From an uncultured Gammaproteobacteria bacterium (lineage in GTDB: Bacteria > Pseudomonadota > Gammaproteobacteria > UBA9214), in assembly GCA_963748215.1 (NCBI GenBank), contig CAVVHS010000006.1:1-64000 (forward strand): a DNA stretch of 64,000 bases, given 5' to 3'. The notes beneath the pieces were generated by a model. It had not been told where the DNA came from. It made no database searches and saw only the letters and a program-made list of their open reading frames with translations. Positions within the stretch are counted from its first letter, which is position 1. Each line of letters begins with the position of its first letter. A program made the translations under genes and the position numbers. Shown here piece by piece: positions 59,152 through 64,000 of this stretch.

Positions 59152-59609
59152 TGTCCTGGTGTCGCATATCACGTTGGACTTCAGGGCCATCATATTGTTC
59201 CCGTGTGGTCAAACAACTCATGCGTATCGGTATATCAGCATCTTAACATCCACTGTATATCGCGATGGCTTTGTGTCTTGCCTCAAATGAGACCTATAAT
59301 TTCAATAGGCAGTCGGGGATTTTATGGATTGGGTGCGCACACTGGCCTATATCACCGACACAGTGGACAAGGAATACCTTTTTACGTATTGAGTATCTTG
59401 TCGCCGAAAACCAGATCCTCAAAGTTCAACTCATGACTCCGTTGCGGCTCGCTGATGCGGAGAGGGTTACACCCGCTGAATTCGCCCATCGCCTTGGCCG
59501 TAGCGCTTGAGGATGTGGCCAAAGCCGCGAAGCCCGACACCATTATGGATTGGTGTCGGAGGCTCATAGCAGTCGCTTTTAAGTAATAATTACGAATTCG
59601 CCATGCACA
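59152..59609 (+). mobile_element. Internally deleted rve-type IS remnant (left boundary uncertain)
   Basis: EYLVAENQILK..LRL.D.ER..AHRLGR / KPDTI.DW.RRLIA is an N-terminal transposase segment. The terminus GAATTCGCCATGCACA resembles the 36496-36510 IR. Confidence 0.7.
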
Positions 59610-59666
59610 GGGGGCAAAATGACCGTAATGTAACCTGTGTTTACGGCTTCAAGAGGGGTGGCTTCT

Positions 59667-61214
59667 GTGAAACAGTACATCTGGCTTGTACCGTTAATTA
59701 TTCTGCTGACCAGTACAATCGCGTCGTGCGCACCCGAAAATGATGAGGCCGAGGTTCAGTACCAGTTACCCGCGACAGAGTTCGATCCATCCTTGCCCTG
59801 GCTGAATGTAAAGCGACCGCTGACACTGGAGGATCTGAAGGGTAAGGTTGTTATTCTTGATTTCTGGACCTACGGGTGTATCAACTGCATCCATGTCCTG
59901 GAAGACCTGCGACGCCTCGAACACAAGTACGGAAACCAGCTCGCAATAGTCGGGGTGCACACCCCGAAGTTCGATAACGAAAAAAATGTCAGCACCTTGC
60001 GCAATATCATCATTCGTTATCGGATTGAACATCCTGTCGTGAATGACGTGGAGTTCGGTCTGGCCCGCTACTATGGAATGCGTGCCTGGCCAACGCAGAT
60101 TGTCATTGACCCGCAAGGAAAGGTTGTGGGCGAGGTGCTGGGCGAAGGGAATTATGATGTACTCGACAAAGCAGTTGCAAAGCTTATCAAGCGACACGAA
60201 GGGCACATGAATCCTGAACCGCTACCCTATAGTCTGGAGCGGGACGGTTTGGCTGACTCATTGCTTGCGGCCCCCGGCAAGATTGCGGTTTCCAGCCGGC
60301 ATGTCGCTATCAGTGATACGCTGCACAACCGCGTGATTGTGGCGGATCATCAGGGGAAAATCGAGTCGATATACGGGGGTAAACACGGTGGTTTTAATGA
60401 TGGGGACGCCACCACGGTGCTGTTCTCTTCACCCCAGGGGCTGGCCTTTGCAGATGACGGGCTGTATGTGGCCGACACGGGCAACCATGCGATTCGCTAT
60501 ATCAATCTGTCACGGTCCGAGGTCGAAACCGTCGCCGGTGGCGGGGAGGTCGAGATTCCGCGTTCCGGGACATTCGATGCAAAGACAGTACGCTTGCGCT
60601 CGCCCTGGGGCCTGGCGCTTAAAGATAATCTGCTTTACATCGCGATGGCCGGCACTCATCAGATCTGGCGTCTCGACCTCGAGACGGGGCAGATCAGAAA
60701 CTACGCGGGTAGCGGGCGAGAGGGTCTAAGGGATGGGGCGTTACCTGAATCACGATTCAGCCAGCCCAGTGGACTGAGCCTGAGTGGGAAGTGGCTATAT
60801 GTCGCAGACGCCGAGGATTCCGCGATTCGCAGGATTGATGTCGAAAGCGAACGCGTGGAGACACTGGTAGGTACTGGCTTGTTTGATTTCGGGGACCGTG
60901 ACGGTTCTTTTGGCCAGGCTCTGCTGCAACATGTATTGGGAGTTGCAGCAGTAAGTGCCTCCGAGATCGTTATCGCAGATACCTATAACCACAAACTGAA
61001 GCGACTGGACCTGAACAAGCGGCGGGTTGTTTCGCTTGCAGGGAACGGTGCGCCAGGCAAAGAACGCGAAGGGTCGCAACGGGTCCAGTTGAATGAGCCC
61101 GGTGGCCTGGCGGTACTGGGCCACCACATACTCATTGCAGACACGAACAACAACCGTATCATGCAGTATGACCTTGATTCCGGTGATGTCGGCGAGTGGG
61201 TCCTGGCGCCCTGA
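59667..61214 (+). CDS. Thioredoxin-like plus NHL-repeat beta-propeller lipoprotein (NHLRC2-like)
   Basis: Lipobox IASC, LDFWTYGCINC.H, GVHTPKF, AWPT, repeated P.GL..LY.AD..NH.IR. Confidence 0.88.
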   Translation: MKQYIWLVPLIILLTSTIASCAPENDEAEVQYQLPATEFDPSLPWLNVKRPLTLEDLKGKVVILDFWTYGCINCIHVLEDLRRLEHKYGNQLAIVGVHTPKFDNEKNVSTLRNIIIRYRIEHPVVNDVEFGLARYYGMRAWPTQIVIDPQGKVVGEVLGEGNYDVLDKAVAKLIKRHEGHMNPEPLPYSLERDGLADSLLAAPGKIAVSSRHVAISDTLHNRVIVADHQGKIESIYGGKHGGFNDGDATTVLFSSPQGLAFADDGLYVADTGNHAIRYINLSRSEVETVAGGGEVEIPRSGTFDAKTVRLRSPWGLALKDNLLYIAMAGTHQIWRLDLETGQIRNYAGSGREGLRDGALPESRFSQPSGLSLSGKWLYVADAEDSAIRRIDVESERVETLVGTGLFDFGDRDGSFGQALLQHVLGVAAVSASEIVIADTYNHKLKRLDLNKRRVVSLAGNGAPGKEREGSQRVQLNEPGGLAVLGHHILIADTNNNRIMQYDLDSGDVGEWVLAP

Positions 61215-61314
61215 GGCTGGCATCAAGCAAGTTCCGAGAGGAGCGTGACCAGATCGTGACCTGCATCTGTTATCTCGCTCGCCAGCGGTATCTGTTCGCC
61301 TGCTTGGTTCCCGG

Positions 61315-62385
61315 TTAGTGAGTCTGTTCCATCACTTGAAACAGATTGCGTGCGTGGTTTGTCTTCGAACAAACGGCGCATAAGTCGCAACTGCTTGTCT
61401 TTATTGAGGGTTGGTGAAACGGCACGCCGCAAGCGCGACACCGGTGCGCTGTCAAGGGCAGCTCAAACTGGACTTGTGAACTCCAGTGATCGACGCAGAC
61501 CGCTTTCTGGTCGCAAACGTCCACACAGATGTCGCAGCCTGTACAGCATTCAGCGTCAAGACGGTATTGGAGGATATCTTCACTGCTGTACAGCGCGATA
61601 GCACCTTGCGGGCAGAGCCGTGCACAGGCATTGCAACCGTTGCATTTTGTAGAATCGATGCGCGGTGAAAACGGGACGACATCGTTCCGACTTGTCCGCG
61701 GTAATAATTTCCCCGGTGGTGTAAACGCCCGTTCTTCGGCAGGCCTGGTGACGTCCATCCAAACCGTCATGGAGGAGGTCGCCGCTTTGCGGAAAAAGGC
61801 TCTGCGACTGATTGCCGGTCCGCTGAACGACTGCTTTGCGTTCTGTGATTGCTGGTTCCATTCTTCCCGATCTGCGACCTGGAGTGTTATCGTAGCCAGA
61901 TTCCGGCTTTCCAGCATGCCGGTCAACTGTTCAAGCAGATCCGGAAGCTGTAAAACACCGCCCCTGATGCAGGATGCACAGTCGCCCGTTGCGACGCATA
62001 AGCGGCGCATGCCGCTTCGGTACAGTTGCAGCAGATCCTGGAGTCCGAGCGCGTGCAGGCAGGGAATGATTCCGTCTTTGCCATTGACGCCGGCCTTTTC
62101 ACAGGCGAACAGGGCTGATGTGCGGCTTCCCGAGAGCACTGGCAAATTGGCCTGATGCGGAATGATTGCGCCTTGCGGGCAGGCGGATGCGCAAAGTCCG
62201 CAGCCGTCGCAGGCCTCGGTGTCGATGCCCAGGGATTCTTCATCCATCACCCACGCGTTCACGGGACAGGCATCCATGCAGGCGCGGCAGCTGGCTTGCG
62301 TCACTAGTGTGTGCACGCAACGTTCGGCGATGACTGTTGGCAGTGTCGCAGGCTCACAATAGGGGGCGATGATTTTATGCCACAA
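61315..62385 (-). CDS. Multi-[4Fe-4S] ferredoxin-like protein
   Basis: Four CxxC(xx)xxxCP-type clusters plus extra CxxC pairs. Confidence 0.85.
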   Translation of the reverse strand: MWHKIIAPYCEPATLPTVIAERCVHTLVTQASCRACMDACPVNAWVMDEESLGIDTEACDGCGLCASACPQGAIIPHQANLPVLSGSRTSALFACEKAGVNGKDGIIPCLHALGLQDLLQLYRSGMRRLCVATGDCASCIRGGVLQLPDLLEQLTGMLESRNLATITLQVADREEWNQQSQNAKQSFSGPAISRRAFFRKAATSSMTVWMDVTRPAEERAFTPPGKLLPRTSRNDVVPFSPRIDSTKCNGCNACARLCPQGAIALYSSEDILQYRLDAECCTGCDICVDVCDQKAVCVDHWSSQVQFELPLTAHRCRACGVPFHQPSIKTSSCDLCAVCSKTNHARNLFQVMEQTH

Positions 62386-62430
62386 GATGCCTGCCTCCCG
62401 AATGTGTTTTAGTCACGATAAGCGAAATGC

Positions 62431-63216
62431 TTACCAGGAAGGGCCGCCTGCGCCAGGTATGAATTTCACCGGGATAGCCGGCATGTCCATCCTGGTCCGC
62501 TGCTTTTGTGCCTCGATTTCCTCAGAAGTCGGACGTGGTTCTTCCAGGATGTCAGCCAGTAGGTCGCGTAATTCCTCGCAATAGGCGCCGGTGAGCAAGT
62601 TGATGCCTGCATAGAATGGTGTCGCACAACGGCCGGCGACACGGCTGGTAAACGGCATTAGCCAGCGGAGCAGGTGTTCATCCATGAAACGTGCCGCCGT
62701 GGTGAATACTTCATCCCGCTGTTCCTCGCCAAACAGGTGGGCCAGGAACTGGAGTTGGAGAACCAGGTGGTCGTCGGCGCGCTTGCGCCAGTCCGTGGCC
62801 TCCAGTCCATGACGGTGGTAATACTCGCGGACCTCGAACATGGACTGTTGCCGTTCGAGGTGCTCTTCGTCGATCCATACCGATTCATTGGGTGAGGCCC
62901 GGTATGCGTGGGTGAGATAAATGCCCGCGTAATCCACTGCGAGTTCATCGGCATGTTGCTCATCGAGCGGGTCCGGAAGACCGGCGAGCGCTTTTTCGAT
63001 CAGCACCAGCGCCTCTTGCGCGGCCTTCGATTCAAGTTTCAGTCCCAACGCGGCCGGAAAACCGGTGTGCTTCAGTGATTGAATCAGCGAATTATCCGCT
63101 TCGGCGTCGTGCAGGATCGCGAGTTGCGCCAGATCCTGGGCGAGCGCTGCGCAGAAATCGCCGAGCAGGCTGGCTCTGTCAGGGATTGCCTGGCCGGTGA
63201 CAGCCGCGGCGCACAT
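62431..63216 (-). CDS. TorD/DmsD-family molybdoenzyme chaperone
   Basis: SPNESVW, ADDHL.LQL.FL.HL, FMDEHLLRW, FY. Confidence 0.9.
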   Translation of the reverse strand: MCAAAVTGQAIPDRASLLGDFCAALAQDLAQLAILHDAEADNSLIQSLKHTGFPAALGLKLESKAAQEALVLIEKALAGLPDPLDEQHADELAVDYAGIYLTHAYRASPNESVWIDEEHLERQQSMFEVREYYHRHGLEATDWRKRADDHLVLQLQFLAHLFGEEQRDEVFTTAARFMDEHLLRWLMPFTSRVAGRCATPFYAGINLLTGAYCEELRDLLADILEEPRPTSEEIEAQKQRTRMDMPAIPVKFIPGAGGPSW

Positions 63217-63881
63217 CAGTCGACCCTGCCTTTGCTGTGCGGGACGAAGCCGATGGAGGGCTTGGTGAGTTCCGGATCAGCCATGTTCTTTACCTGACGT
63301 ACCACTGTGTCATTGGGACCGATGGCTTTGGTCTTCAGTTCCTTTTCCCAGATCCAGTCGATGGGGCCGATATCGAGCACCCGCATCATACAGGCCATCA
63401 CGCAGTAAGGTCTGCGCCCGGCGTCTATTTCATCCACACACATATTGCATTTCTTCACCAGACCGTCCATGGGATCGTACTGCGGTGCGCCATAAGGGCA
63501 GGCGGCCTCGCAGCGCCGGCAGCCGATGCACAAGGTCGAGTCGATGTCGACGATGCCGTCCTTCTTGCGCTTGAAGATCGCACCGGTCGGACAGGCCGGC
63601 AGACAGGCGGGTTCCGCGCAATGATTGCAGGACATGTTGACCTTGTAGGCATAGACGTCCGGGTATGTCCCACCCTCTATATACTGAACACGTCTGAATC
63701 GGGGGCCGGGTGCCAGACCGTTCTTGTCCTTGCAGGCGATCTCACAGGCGCGACAGCCGATGCAGTCCACATTGTTGTGGACAAATCCCAGCTGCATATC
63801 CGGGACCACGGGTGTGTAGACTTCTTTCCTGTGACGCTTGATCGCAGCCTTGATCTTTGCCTTGTCTTTCGTTGTGGCCAT
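63216..63881 (-). CDS. DMSO-reductase-family Fe-S subunit (DmsB-like)
   Basis: CIGCRACEIACK, SCNHCAEPAC...CPTGA, CIGCRRCEAACPYGAPQ, KCNMC, P.CV.AC. Confidence 0.92.
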   Translation of the reverse strand: MATTKDKAKIKAAIKRHRKEVYTPVVPDMQLGFVHNNVDCIGCRACEIACKDKNGLAPGPRFRRVQYIEGGTYPDVYAYKVNMSCNHCAEPACLPACPTGAIFKRKKDGIVDIDSTLCIGCRRCEAACPYGAPQYDPMDGLVKKCNMCVDEIDAGRRPYCVMACMMRVLDIGPIDWIWEKELKTKAIGPNDTVVRQVKNMADPELTKPSIGFVPHSKGRVD

Positions 63882-63904
63882 TGGTCTGTACCTTTAGTCC
63901 GATT

Positions 63905-64000
63905 TCACAGGTCACGCCGGAATACGTGTGCCCGCGAGGTGGCGAGCTGGTCCCACCCGGGACGGTGTGCAAGTTTTGTCTTGGTGATGTTTGCCAGCAC
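63905..64000 (-). CDS. 3' end of an upstream gene, probably the molybdopterin catalytic subunit (partial)
   Basis: Open frame VLANITKTKLAHRPGWDQLATSRAHVFRRDL* runs off the window edge. Identity is inferred from position only. Confidence 0.5.
   Translation of the reverse strand: MLANITKTKLAHRPGWDQLATSRAHVFRRDL

Overview
This 64 kb window is accessory DNA, probably from a GC-rich Gammaproteobacterium (DsrE-like, SoxH-like and DMSO-reductase-type genes hint at sulfur metabolism). It is organised as a tandem array of about seven cargo modules, separated by six co-oriented copies of the 3' half of tRNA-Pro(GGG) at 13141, 17055, 18354, 41023, 48820 and 57612. These att-like junctions are flanked by two families of conserved 100-210 bp end sequences, by stubs of the extreme C-terminus of one tyrosine integrase, and by a four-hairpin element linked to the tRNA T-loop. 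No intact integrase or intact tRNA is present in the window. Cargo from left to right: (1) type I secretion system, a small AT-rich membrane protein and a giant lipase-RTX protein; (2) DUF2946-like RAPP leader, outer-membrane barrel and ZnuA/ZnuB-like genes; (3) higBA with a dead toxin; (4) galE', glgP', ackA, phosphoketolase, DUF2254, an N-type ATPase operon, DsrE/MBL-fold genes, fasciclin, DsbD and a redoxin, punctuated by TGT..ACA-ended rve IS remnants; (5) glgX-glgB-glgX2; (6) a lipoprotein cytochrome c with a Thr-rich stalk plus flippase, GT-C-like and GT2 genes; (7) rseA/rpoE', a thioredoxin-NHL protein and the tail of a DMSO-reductase-family operon. Many single-base insertions break otherwise intact genes and may be sequencing errors. 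All calls come from reading motifs by eye; no database search was run.
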